64,000 bases of DNA from Clostridia bacterium (GTDB taxonomy: Bacteria; Bacillota; Clostridia; Christensenellales; Borkfalkiaceae): positions 21,264 through 85,263 of the forward strand of contig JAFQEA010000016.1 of the NCBI GenBank assembly GCA_017399185.1, written 5' to 3'. The notes under the pieces were generated by a model. That model made no database searches. It was not told the DNA's origin and worked only from the letters and a program-made list of their open reading frames with translations. Positions 1 to 8,511 of the stretch are shown here, piece by piece (the stretch's first letter is position 1; each line of letters begins with the position of its first letter). The translations under genes were made by a program, and so were the position numbers.

Positions 1-2
1 AC

Positions 3-668
3 TTGGCATTTGAGCTTGGTATGCACGTTTTGGTTATCATTACCGATATCACAAACTACGCAGAAGCCTTGCGTGAAATTTCTGCTGCCCGTAAAGAAGT
101 ACCGGGCCGCCGCGGCTATCCGGGTTATCTTTACACCGACCTTGCAACCTTATATGAACGCGCAGGCCGTATTAAAGGCAAACAAGGCTCAATCACCCAA
201 ATTCCAATCCTTACCATGCCGGAAGACGATAAAACCCACCCAATCCCTGACCTTACAGGTTACATTACGGAAGGGCAGATTATTCTTTCTAGAGAGCTTT
301 ATAAAAAGGGCGTTAATCCACCTATTGACGTACTTCCGTCACTTTCAAGACTTAAAGATAAGGGTATTGGCGCAGGCAAAACGCGTGAAGACCACGCAGA
401 TACAATGAACCAGCTGTTCGCCGCTTACGCGAAGGGTAAGGAAAGTAAGGAGCTTGCTGCAATTTTAGGTGACGCGGCACTTACGCCAACCGACAAGCTT
501 TACGCAAGCTTTGCTGAAAATTTTGAAAAGACTTACGTTTCACAAGGTACTGAAACCGATAGACCTATCGAAGAAACCTTGACTATCGGTTGGGAACTTC
601 TTAAAATTTTACCACGTCAGGAATTAAAACGTATTAAAGAGCAATATATTGACAAATATATGCAATAG
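3..668 (+). CDS. ntpB: V-type ATP synthase subunit B, C-terminal part; the 5' end lies upstream of the window
   Basis: The translation (…[20 protein letters not shown]…[12 protein letters not shown]…) matches the conserved C-terminal half of A/V-type ATPase B subunits. The ORF runs in from the left edge. Confidence 0.8.
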   Translation: MAFELGMHVLVIITDITNYAEALREISAARKEVPGRRGYPGYLYTDLATLYERAGRIKGKQGSITQIPILTMPEDDKTHPIPDLTGYITEGQIILSRELYKKGVNPPIDVLPSLSRLKDKGIGAGKTREDHADTMNQLFAAYAKGKESKELAAILGDAALTPTDKLYASFAENFEKTYVSQGTETDRPIEETLTIGWELLKILPRQELKRIKEQYIDKYMQ

Positions 669-793
669 GTATATAACCTGCTGCTCCTTTTAAAAGTGGG
701 GCAATAGGTCGGTTATCAAGGGTTTTTTGTAAAAAACCAATCTTAAAAACACTGCTAAAAGTTGTTTAAAAAGCTAAACTTAAGGGGCTTAAT

Positions 794-1429
794 ATGGCAA
801 GACTTAACGTAAATCCTACAAGGATGGAATTAAAAAAACTTAAGAATAGACACAAAACCGCTGTCCGCGGGCACAAGCTTTTAAAGGATAAGTCGGACGA
901 AATGATTCGTAGGTTTTCCGTCTATATTAAAGAAAATAAGCGGTTAAGAGAGCAGGCAACCGCAATTTTAAAGGATGCCTTAACCCAGTTTGCTAATGCC
1001 CGCGCCCTTATGGGTGAAGCTGAAACCGAAAACGCTTTTTCAATGCCGTCAACTTCGCTTGAGCTTAATCTTTCAACCCAAAGCGTTATGAACGTTATGG
1101 TACCCGATATTGAAGTTAAAGCCGACCATCGCGGTGGTATGCCTTATTCTTACGCGCAAATCACAAGCGAAGCCGACTATTCTGTAAGGCGCATAACCGA
1201 TGCTATAACCATTTTGGCACAGCTTGCCGCGGTTGAAAAAAAGGTGCAGATGCTTGCTGACGAAATCGTGCGTAACAAACGCCGCGTAAACGCGCTTGAA
1301 TACGTTATGATACCGCAGCTTGAAGAAACCATTCACTATATTACTTCAAAGCTTGGCGAAGACGAAAGGTCAGCCTTAACAAGACTTATGAAGGTTAAGA
1401 GTATGATTAACGAAAAGAACGGCGATTAA
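794..1429 (+). CDS. ntpD: V-type ATP synthase subunit D
   Basis: 211 aa; MARLNVNPTRMELKKLK… is the typical V/A-ATPase subunit D N-terminus. It sits directly after subunit B. Confidence 0.85.
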   Translation: MARLNVNPTRMELKKLKNRHKTAVRGHKLLKDKSDEMIRRFSVYIKENKRLREQATAILKDALTQFANARALMGEAETENAFSMPSTSLELNLSTQSVMNVMVPDIEVKADHRGGMPYSYAQITSEADYSVRRITDAITILAQLAAVEKKVQMLADEIVRNKRRVNALEYVMIPQLEETIHYITSKLGEDERSALTRLMKVKSMINEKNGD

Positions 1430-1448
1430 GCCAAAGCTTTATATAAAA

Positions 1449-1490
1449 TAGAAAGAAACAGATTTTTATATCTGTTCTTTTTATTTTTGA
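1449..1490 (+). terminator. rho-independent terminator after ntpD
   Basis: Hairpin gaaacagat…atctgttc followed by a T-run. Confidence 0.5.
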
Positions 1491-1558
1491 CTAAAAACAA
1501 AAAAGTCGGCGTATAAGCCGATTAACGCTATATTTTTAAAACAAACAGGTGATAAAAA

Positions 1559-3298
1559 ATGATTTTTAAGCCGGAATTTATTGAAAACGGATTCTTTAGT
1601 GAATACCCACGCCCACAGCTAAAGCGCCAAAGCTTTTTTAATCTTTGCGGTGAGTGGGATTATGCTATTACAAAAACAAGCGACCTTTTAGTTAGTTTTG
1701 ACGGTAAAATTTTAGTTCCGTTTTGCCCAGAATCAAAGTTGTCGGGCGTGAACCGTCAGCTTAAAAAGGATGAGTTTTTACATTTATCAAAACACTTCGC
1801 ATTGCCGCAGGGCTTTAATAGGGGCAGGGTTATTTTAAACGTTGGTGCGATAGACCAATGCGCTAAAATTTATCTTAACGGCAAATTATTGTTTGAGCAT
1901 AACGATGGGTATAACAGCTTTTCGGTTGAGCTTGAAAATATTGTTGAAGGCGAAAACCACCTTTATATCCTTGTTACTGACGATGCAGACTCACCAATTT
2001 ACGGCAGGGGCAAGCAAACCTATAAGCGCGGCGGTATCTGGTACACGGCAACGTCGGGTATCTGGCAGCCCGTCTGGATTGAATCTGTACCGACCGATTA
2101 TATCAAGGGCTTTAAGCTTTATCCCAATTTTGACAATCAAACCTTAACCGTGACCTTTGACACCACTGACCCACAAAAGTCGGTCTATGTGTCGGTTATC
2201 GACCAAAATCAGATAGTTAAAGAAGGTCAAACCGATAAAAACAAGGTGGTTATTGACTTAAAAGGCTTAAAGCCCTGGTCACCAAACGACCCACAGCTTT
2301 ATCCAATCAAGTTTAATTACGGCAACGACGCGGTTGAAAGTTACTTTGGGTTAAGAAAGTTCAGTAAGGTTAAAATCGGCGAAAAATATTACTTTGCAAT
2401 CAACAACGAGCCTATCTTTTTAAACGGGCTTTTGGACCAAGGCTACTTCCCCGACGGGTTTTATACACCAAAGTCAAACAAGGTTTTATATGAGCAGGTG
2501 TCACAAGTTAAAAGCCTTGGCTACAATATGTTAAGAAAGCACATTAAGGTTGAGCCCGACTTATGGTATTATTATTGCGATATATTGGGTATGGTCGTTT
2601 GGCAGGATATGATAAACGGCGGTGCTAAATATTCTCCCGTTAGAATTGCGATAATGCCGTTTATCCGACTTAAGCTAAAAGACACCAACTATAAATTAAT
2701 GAAGCGCGCAGACCCGCGCTCACGCGAGCAGTACGTTTTGGAAGCTAATCGGCTTATAGACCGACTTTTCAACTGTGTTTCACTACAATTATACACGCCT
2801 TTTAACGAAGGCTGGGGGCAGTTTGACGCAGTTAAAAACTACAATTTATTGTCACAAAAGGATAGTACTAGGCTTTACGACCACGCCAGCGGCTGGATTG
2901 ACAAAGGCGCGGGCGACACAAACAGCCGCCATATTTACTTTAGAAAAGCAAGACCGAAATCTGACGGCAAGCGCGTTTTAACCCTTTCGGAATTCGGCGG
3001 GTATTCGCTGCGCGTTGCAGGGCATGAGTCTTCACCCAAAAAGTTTGGCTACAAACGCTTTAAAAATGCTGACGCGTTGACAAAGGCTTACAAAAATTTA
3101 TACTATAACGAAGTCGTGCCGTTAATAAAAACGCAAGGCTTGTCGGCAACCGTTTATACACAGCTAACCGACGTTGAAGACGAAGACAACGGCATTTTCA
3201 CCTATGACGGCGTGCTAAAAATTGACGGAAACACCCTTGTTGAAATAAATAATAAGGTGGAAAAAGCTTTTAAAGAGCATATTGAGAAAATAATGTAA
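1559..3298 (+). CDS. glycoside hydrolase family 2 protein (beta-galactosidase/glucuronidase-like)
   Basis: 579 aa. An N-terminal sugar-binding-like block (VILNVGAIDQCAKIYLNGKLL…ENHLYILVTD), GIWQPVWIE, a TIM-barrel block NMLRKHIKVEPD…DILGMVVWQDM and an NEGWG acid/base motif fit GH2. Confidence 0.65.
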   Translation: MIFKPEFIENGFFSEYPRPQLKRQSFFNLCGEWDYAITKTSDLLVSFDGKILVPFCPESKLSGVNRQLKKDEFLHLSKHFALPQGFNRGRVILNVGAIDQCAKIYLNGKLLFEHNDGYNSFSVELENIVEGENHLYILVTDDADSPIYGRGKQTYKRGGIWYTATSGIWQPVWIESVPTDYIKGFKLYPNFDNQTLTVTFDTTDPQKSVYVSVIDQNQIVKEGQTDKNKVVIDLKGLKPWSPNDPQLYPIKFNYGNDAVESYFGLRKFSKVKIGEKYYFAINNEPIFLNGLLDQGYFPDGFYTPKSNKVLYEQVSQVKSLGYNMLRKHIKVEPDLWYYYCDILGMVVWQDMINGGAKYSPVRIAIMPFIRLKLKDTNYKLMKRADPRSREQYVLEANRLIDRLFNCVSLQLYTPFNEGWGQFDAVKNYNLLSQKDSTRLYDHASGWIDKGAGDTNSRHIYFRKARPKSDGKRVLTLSEFGGYSLRVAGHESSPKKFGYKRFKNADALTKAYKNLYYNEVVPLIKTQGLSATVYTQLTDVEDEDNGIFTYDGVLKIDGNTLVEINNKVEKAFKEHIEKIM

Positions 3299-3301
3299 AA
3301 A

Positions 3302-3340
3302 AGTGCTTTGCGAGATTTTGTCGCAAAGCCTTTTTTAATG
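3302..3340 (+). terminator. terminator hairpin after the GH2 gene
   Basis: gctttgcga-gatttt-gtcgcaaagc followed by TTTTTT. Confidence 0.55.
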
Positions 3341-3413
3341 AATAATGAATAATGAATAATGAAGAATTGTGGTAAACTTTTTGCCTTTGGCAAAAAGTCT
3401 TAAGTAAATTTAA
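3337..3413. repeat. BOX-like modular intergenic repeat, in inverted orientation ((gaataat)n module plus palindromic core ggtaaactttttgcctttggcaaaaagt)
   Basis: This is the reverse complement of the unit tttaaattt(g/a)ataaagactttttgccaaaggcaaaaagtttaccacaatt(cttcatt)n, which is seen at about 8 other loci. Confidence 0.7.
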
Positions 3414-3631
3414 AAAAAACTTTGGGTAAGTGTTGTTAAAAACGTTGTCACCATAGGGTGAGACGTTTCGGCAAAAAGTTTGCCATAACCTTCAACTCAC
3501 TACTCTTTACTTTTCACTAAAAAAAGAACGTTTTCGGGGCAAAAGAATAAATTATAGCAGAAAGTCTACACAAGCTAATCAAAAAGCAAGGGTTTTTGCC
3601 CTTGCTTTTTTCGTTATAAATCGTTTTTTTG

Positions 3632-3660
3632 TTGACGTTTTGGCTTAATTGCAGTATAAT
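3632..3660 (+). promoter_or_regulatory. sigma-A type promoter (TTGACG, 17 bp spacer, TATAAT) for the AbrB-like/ABC operon
   Basis: Exact -10 TATAAT at 3655-3660 and -35 TTGACG at 3632-3637, with a 17-nt spacer, about 45 nt upstream of the ATG at 3707. Confidence 0.55.
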
Positions 3661-3706
3661 AAGTATGAAAAGTATAACAAAACCCACTAAAAATAAGGAG
3701 CTTATT

Positions 3707-3898
3707 ATGGAAAAGAATAAATATATTGGCGTTTGCAAGGTTGGCGAAAAGGGTCAAATTGTAATTCCGAAGGAAGCAAGGCAGATGTTCGACATAAACC
3801 CAGGTGATTCGGTTTTGGTTTTATGTGACAAAAAAAGGGGCATAGCAATAATTAAAGCCGATATGGTTGAAGAATTAACCGACAAAATTTTAGGTTAA
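3707..3898 (+). CDS. AbrB/MazE/SpoVT-family DNA-binding protein
   Basis: 64 aa; IGVCKVGEKGQIVIPKEARQMFDINPGDSVLV is a swapped-hairpin AbrB-type domain. RBS AAGGAG lies 6 nt upstream of the ATG. Confidence 0.6.
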   Translation: MEKNKYIGVCKVGEKGQIVIPKEARQMFDINPGDSVLVLCDKKRGIAIIKADMVEELTDKILG

Positions 3899-3910
3899 AG
3901 GGGTAAAGTT

Positions 3911-4630
3911 TTGAGCATAATCACGATAGACAATCTTAAAAAGTATTACAAAAAAACCCACGCCTTAAGGGGTGTGAGCTTTAGTGTTGATAAGGGTGAG
4001 CTTTTTGGGCTGTTAGGCGTAAACGGCGCGGGTAAAACAACGCTTATTAAAATTTTGTGCGGGCTTACCCAAAAAAGTGGGGGTACGGCTATTGTTGACG
4101 GGCTTTCATTGGACACCCAAATTGACAGCATTAAGCAAATCATTGATTTTTCGCCCCAGGAAAGCGCAGTTGCCTTAAATCTCACCGTAAAGGAAAATTT
4201 AGACTTTTTTGCAAGTATTTACGGCAAAAGTAACCAAGAAGATATACAAGAAATTGTTGATATCTTTAAATTAAACGATTTATTAAACCAAAAAGCCAAA
4301 ACCCTGTCTGGCGGGTATAAAAGAAGGCTTTCCATTGCGATTGCGCTTATATCAAAGCCCAAGATTCTGTTTTTAGACGAGCCTACCTTGGGGCTTGACG
4401 TTTTGGCGCGCCGTGAGCTTTGGCGGATAATAACCGACTTAAAGGGCAAAATCACGATAATACTTACGTCACATTACCTTGAAGAAATCGAGCATTTATG
4501 TGACCGCGTTGCAATTTTATCAAAAGGGGCGCTCGTTGGCGTTGGCACGGTTGATTACTTTAAGCAGTTAACCCAAAGTAAAAGCTTTGAAGACGCTTTC
4601 GTTGCGCTTTTAGGTGATAATTATGGCTAA
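3911..4630 (+). CDS. ABC transporter ATP-binding protein
   Basis: Walker A GVNGAGKTT, signature LSGGYKRRL and Walker B ILFLDEPT. TTG start with a GGGG RBS. Confidence 0.85.
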   Translation: MSIITIDNLKKYYKKTHALRGVSFSVDKGELFGLLGVNGAGKTTLIKILCGLTQKSGGTAIVDGLSLDTQIDSIKQIIDFSPQESAVALNLTVKENLDFFASIYGKSNQEDIQEIVDIFKLNDLLNQKAKTLSGGYKRRLSIAIALISKPKILFLDEPTLGLDVLARRELWRIITDLKGKITIILTSHYLEEIEHLCDRVAILSKGALVGVGTVDYFKQLTQSKSFEDAFVALLGDNYG

Positions 4631-5405
4631 AACAATCAATTTTTGCAAGCGCAACCTGAAAGAGCTGTTGCGCGACCCCTTGCTATACGTTTTTTGCTTG
4701 GGCTTCCCGATAGTAATGCTTGCGCTGTTTCAGATTATCAATAATTACACAAACGGCAGTACGCCCGTTTTTGAGCTTAAATCGCTATTGCCCGGGATAA
4801 TAATGTTTTCTTACACCTTTGCAATGCTGCTTATGGCGCTTATCGTGTCAAAGGACAGACAAACCTTTTTCTTAAAAAGGCTGTACTCGTCCCCCATGCG
4901 CGCTAAAGACTTTGTTTTAGGCTACGCTATAGTAGGTCTTATTATCGGGGTATGCCAGAGTATAGTTTGTATTTTGGCAGGTGGCGTTGTTGCGCTTATT
5001 ACAAAGCAAGTCTTTGTGGGCTTTGGCAGGGTTTTATTGCTGTTTGTAAGCCAAATGCCAATACTTGTGTTTTTTGTTTTTGCCGGTATCTTAATCGGTA
5101 CGGCGTTTAACGATAAGGCTGCACCGGGGATATGCTCAATATTGATTTCGGTTGCGGGCGTTCTTGGGGGCTGCTGGATGCCACTTGATATGATGGGTGG
5201 CTTTGAAACTATCTGCCGCGTAATCCCGTTTTATCCGTCAGTTTATATTGGAAGGGTAGTTTGTGGGGCAAAAAACGCGTTAGGTGCAGTTTTTATATTT
5301 GACAAAGTGGCTTATCTTGGTCTTTTGGTTATTGGTATATATACCGTTATAAGCGTTTTGTCGGCATTTTTATTATTTGAAAAGAATATGGTTAGTGATA
5401 ACTGA
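4623..5405 (+). CDS. ABC-2 type transporter permease
   Basis: About 260 aa polytopic membrane protein, translationally coupled to the upstream ABC ATPase. Confidence 0.6.
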   Translation: MAKTINFCKRNLKELLRDPLLYVFCLGFPIVMLALFQIINNYTNGSTPVFELKSLLPGIIMFSYTFAMLLMALIVSKDRQTFFLKRLYSSPMRAKDFVLGYAIVGLIIGVCQSIVCILAGGVVALITKQVFVGFGRVLLLFVSQMPILVFFVFAGILIGTAFNDKAAPGICSILISVAGVLGGCWMPLDMMGGFETICRVIPFYPSVYIGRVVCGAKNALGAVFIFDKVAYLGLLVIGIYTVISVLSAFLLFEKNMVSDN

Positions 5406-5474
5406 CAAAAAAGCTTGGGTAGCCCCAAGCTTTTTTAGTGATAACTGACAAAAAAGCTTGGGGCTACCCAAGCT
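5393..5474 (+). repeat. tandem direct duplication of gene end plus terminator (tagtgataactgacaaaaaagcttggg[tagc/gcta]cccaagctttttt, twice)
   Basis: An approximately 41-bp unit containing a palindromic terminator hairpin is repeated twice immediately after the permease stop. Confidence 0.7.
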
Positions 5475-5802
5475 TTTTTTAGTGAAGAATCAAGAATTAA
5501 AATTTTGGTAAACTTTTTGCATAAAAAAAACAAATGACAGTTCACATATAACGCAAACTGCCACCTGTCTTGAAAAATATATGATAAGGGGGAAAATGAT
5601 GAGCTAATTAATTGTCAGCCCTAAATAAGGGACTTAACGTGTGATATATTACACAATTAAAAAAAGTTTGTAAAGTTTTTTAACCCCATTTTTACGCTTT
5701 TTTTAAAAATTTCTAAAAATTTACAAAAAAAGTTAGCAAAAAAATGGTTCAAAACAAATTAAAAACAGGCAATTTGATAAAAAACTGCCTGTTTTTGTAT
5801 TA

Positions 5803-6228
5803 TTAAATTCTATTAAACTTTTTAAGGATATAAAAACGCGCCTTTTCGACCACGGCTGAAAACGTTGTCGTTTTATCGCAAAAGGCTTTAACCTTGTCAA
5901 AGCAGTCTTGCATACGACTATCAAGGTTTTGCTCACCAACGTATAAAAAGTCAACGTAGCACCTGTGTGCAAGCCAGTTACGCATGCTTTTAATGTCGCG
6001 CAAAAGGTTAAAGTCGCTTTTGTCAAAAATCGGCGGGTCAATATCCTTTTGTAAATCCTTAAGCCCGTTAATGCAGTCGGCAAGGGTAATATCGGCAGCG
6101 GCGGCAAGATTATTTTTAAAATCGCCTTGCTGCATTGCGGCGTAAATAATCTTTACGTCGTGCTCAATGCGTTGGCAGTTTAATAAGCTTTGCCCTACGT
6201 ACCAGTTGTAATCGTTTAAATTTGCCAT
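5803..6228 (-). CDS. hypothetical protein, possible HEPN-like domain (R-x4-H motif RNWLAH)
   Basis: 141 aa. It contains SMRNWLAHRCY, which fits the HEPN Rx4-6H signature. No other recognisable family. Confidence 0.3.
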   Translation of the reverse strand: MANLNDYNWYVGQSLLNCQRIEHDVKIIYAAMQQGDFKNNLAAAADITLADCINGLKDLQKDIDPPIFDKSDFNLLRDIKSMRNWLAHRCYVDFLYVGEQNLDSRMQDCFDKVKAFCDKTTTFSAVVEKARFYILKKFNRI

Positions 6229-6349
6229 ATAAATATGTTAAAACACAAACAAAAATTTGTCAAGACTTTAAAGTAAAATTTTTTGTACCCATTACTAAAA
6301 GTGGGGCTATAGGGCGGTTAATTGATAAAAAAGTTGGTGTGTTGGTATG

Positions 6350-6690
6350 GCTAACAAGTTGTTTCAAACGCTCGCTTAGGGCGAGACGTTGTAAAAAACG
6401 TTGTTAGCTAATTCAAAAACGTTGTCATCCTGAGGCTTTGCCGTAGGCAAACGCCGTCAGGACCCCCTTGAGTTTCAAGATAACTTAAGTAAAACGTTGT
6501 TAATAAATTTGTTAGTATTTACAATCCTTCAGTCTTTGACTTCGTCAAATCCAGCTCCCTTTACACAAGGGAGCCTTTTTAAATTTATAAAGACTTTTTG
6601 CAAAGCAAAAAGTTTACCGCAATTATTCATAAGCGGGGGCGGACGCCTGCGCGACTTCATTATTAATTCTTCATTAAAAAAAGCACGCGG
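6350..6690. repeat. composite BOX-like intergenic repeat cluster (modules E/C, D, A, B)
   Basis: Contains three copies of aaaacgttgt, gtcatcctgagg…cgtcaggacccccttgagtttcaagataacttaagtaaaacgttg, ttgttagtatttacaatccttcagtctttgacttcgtcaa…gctccctttacacaagggagc, and gactttttgcaaagcaaaaagtttaccgcaatt. All of these recur elsewhere in the window. Confidence 0.7.
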
Positions 6691-6697
6691 TTTAGCG
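6668..6697 (-). terminator. terminator of ispDF (bidirectional hairpin)
   Basis: aaaaagcacgc-ggtttag-cgtgcttttt. Confidence 0.5.
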
Positions 6698-6707
6698 TGC
6701 TTTTTGT

Positions 6708-7823
6708 TTATCTTGCTTTTTCAACCAAGCAGTAGACCCTGCAGGCAATGCCTTCTTCACGGCCGACAATCCCTAGGCCTTCTAACGTGGTGCAGGTTAT
6801 GCCGATGTGCGCTAGATTTGTGTGTAAAACATAGGCGATATTTTGCTTCATTTGATCAACGTAAGGTGATAGCTTTGGTCTTTCAGCCATAATGCAAATT
6901 GATGCGTTAATCAACCTATAGCCCTGTTTTTTGATAAGTTCATACACGTTATTAAGTAAAACAAGGCTTGAAATATCCTTATATTTTTGGTCGGTATCAG
7001 GGAAGTAATAGCCAATATCCTTTAGCCCACAAGCAGAAAGAATAGAATCCATAAGTGCGTGGATAACGGCATCAGCGTCGCTATGGCCTAAAAGCCCTTT
7101 ATTATGTGGGATTTCAACCCCGCCAAGCACTAATTTGCGCCCTTCAACAAGCTTATGCAAATCAAAGCCCGTGCCAACGCGTGTTGAAGGCTTAAAATCT
7201 TCAGGGTACGTCAGCTTTACGTTTTCGCGTTCACCTTCAACAAAGCTGCAAGGACCTATATATCTGCAATAAATACCGCAATCGTCTGTAAAGCCTTGCT
7301 CGTCTTTAGCCAAGGTGTGTGCTTTAAAAATCTGGTCGTATTTAAAAGCCTGCGGTGTTTGTAAGCTTAAAAAATCAGCGCGGGTTGTATAGCTGATTTG
7401 TCCGTTTTCAACCCTGCCGATGGTGTCGCCAAGCGGTGTTGTCGGCACGCAAGAATTATCGTTAATCGCCTTATACAGGCACTTTTTTATGAGTTCCGGT
7501 GTAACAAAGGGTCTTGCGCCGTCGTGGATTAAAACGTAATCGCACCTGCAAGATAAAAGCGCGTTATAAACAGATTCCTGCCGCGTTTTACCGCCGGCGA
7601 CAATTTCCACCTTGTCTTCAAACCTTTTAAACAGGTCTTGAAAGATATAAAAATCCGCAAAGTTTGCCGTTATAAGAATTTTATCAATTTCGGGCACGGC
7701 TAAAAAGCTTTGGACGGTGCGTTCTATCACGCTAAAATCGTCGTCAAGCCTTGCGAAAATCTTATTGTAATTAAATTTTGCGCGGGTGCCGCTTCCTGCC
7801 GCGGTAATAATTGCAACGTTCAT
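6708..7823 (-). CDS. ispDF: bifunctional 2-C-methyl-D-erythritol 4-phosphate cytidylyltransferase / 2-C-methyl-D-erythritol 2,4-cyclodiphosphate synthase
   Basis: N-terminus MNVAIITAAGSGTR (IspD). C-terminus GTGFDLHKLVEGRKLVLGGVEIPH…GHSDADAVIHAL (IspF). Confidence 0.85.
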   Translation of the reverse strand: MNVAIITAAGSGTRAKFNYNKIFARLDDDFSVIERTVQSFLAVPEIDKILITANFADFYIFQDLFKRFEDKVEIVAGGKTRQESVYNALLSCRCDYVLIHDGARPFVTPELIKKCLYKAINDNSCVPTTPLGDTIGRVENGQISYTTRADFLSLQTPQAFKYDQIFKAHTLAKDEQGFTDDCGIYCRYIGPCSFVEGERENVKLTYPEDFKPSTRVGTGFDLHKLVEGRKLVLGGVEIPHNKGLLGHSDADAVIHALMDSILSACGLKDIGYYFPDTDQKYKDISSLVLLNNVYELIKKQGYRLINASICIMAERPKLSPYVDQMKQNIAYVLHTNLAHIGITCTTLEGLGIVGREEGIACRVYCLVEKAR

Positions 7824-7850
7824 AAGTCCCTACAAAAAAACAAGTTTCAA

Positions 7851-8093
7851 TTAAGCGATAATTTCGTACATTTTTTGGGCGTCTTCCTTTTTGACGCTTT
7901 CTTTAAGCTCTAATACCCTGAACTTAACCGCACCGCTGCCAAAGCGGATTTCAACTTCGTCCCCAACCTTTAGGGTATAGCTTGGCTTTACGTCTTTACC
8001 GAAAACGCTTACCTTGCCGCCCTTACACGCATCGGAAGCCACCGTGCGGCGTTTAAGTATCCTTGAAACCTTTAAAAATTTATCGATTCTCAT
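7851..8093 (-). CDS. S4-domain RNA-binding protein (Hsp15/YabO-like)
   Basis: MRIDKFLKVSRILKRRTVASDACKGGKVSV is an S4 domain. GAAGGTGG RBS before the ATG at 8093. Confidence 0.6.
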   Translation of the reverse strand: MRIDKFLKVSRILKRRTVASDACKGGKVSVFGKDVKPSYTLKVGDEVEIRFGSGAVKFRVLELKESVKKEDAQKMYEIIA

Positions 8094-8281
8094 AACCACC
8101 TTCAAAGCAGAAAAAATTTTTTTAAACGGGCAAAAATTGTTGTTAAAATTGCCCAAAACCGCCCGCGCACAAATTGTAATTTACGCGCCGCGCCACACGC
8201 CCATATCGCGCTTATATTAATAATATATAAAATAAATTTTAAAAAATTTATATTAAATTAACAAAAATTACCAAAAAACGC

Positions 8282-8310
8282 TTGACAACGCCGCCGATTT
8301 TGGGTACAAT
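8282..8310 (+). promoter_or_regulatory. candidate sigma-A promoter of rpoB (TTGACA, 17 bp spacer, TACAAT) followed by an approximately 200-nt leader
   Basis: TTGACA at 8282-8287 and TACAAT at 8305-8310. Confidence 0.5.
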
Positions 8311-8511
8311 CAACAGGTTATAATAGCCGCATTGTGGTTAAGTCTATTTTTTAGTGGCATTTTTTAGCAATAAGTGCCCCTATAACACCGTTAAAAGCCA
8401 TATTTCGACACAAATCGTGCTAATTGTGGTGTGGCTGGACTAATTATACAACATATTGTGGCAAAAAGCAACGACAAAGCAGCATTTTTTCAAAAAAAGG
8501 AGCGGAAGTTA

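Noticed and set aside
6222-6892. Small plus-strand ORFs (6222-6407, 6497-6892) in the 6.2-6.9 kb intergenic region
   Set aside because: They run through BOX-like repeat modules and into the antisense strand of ispDF. No RBS. Better explained as non-coding repeat DNA.
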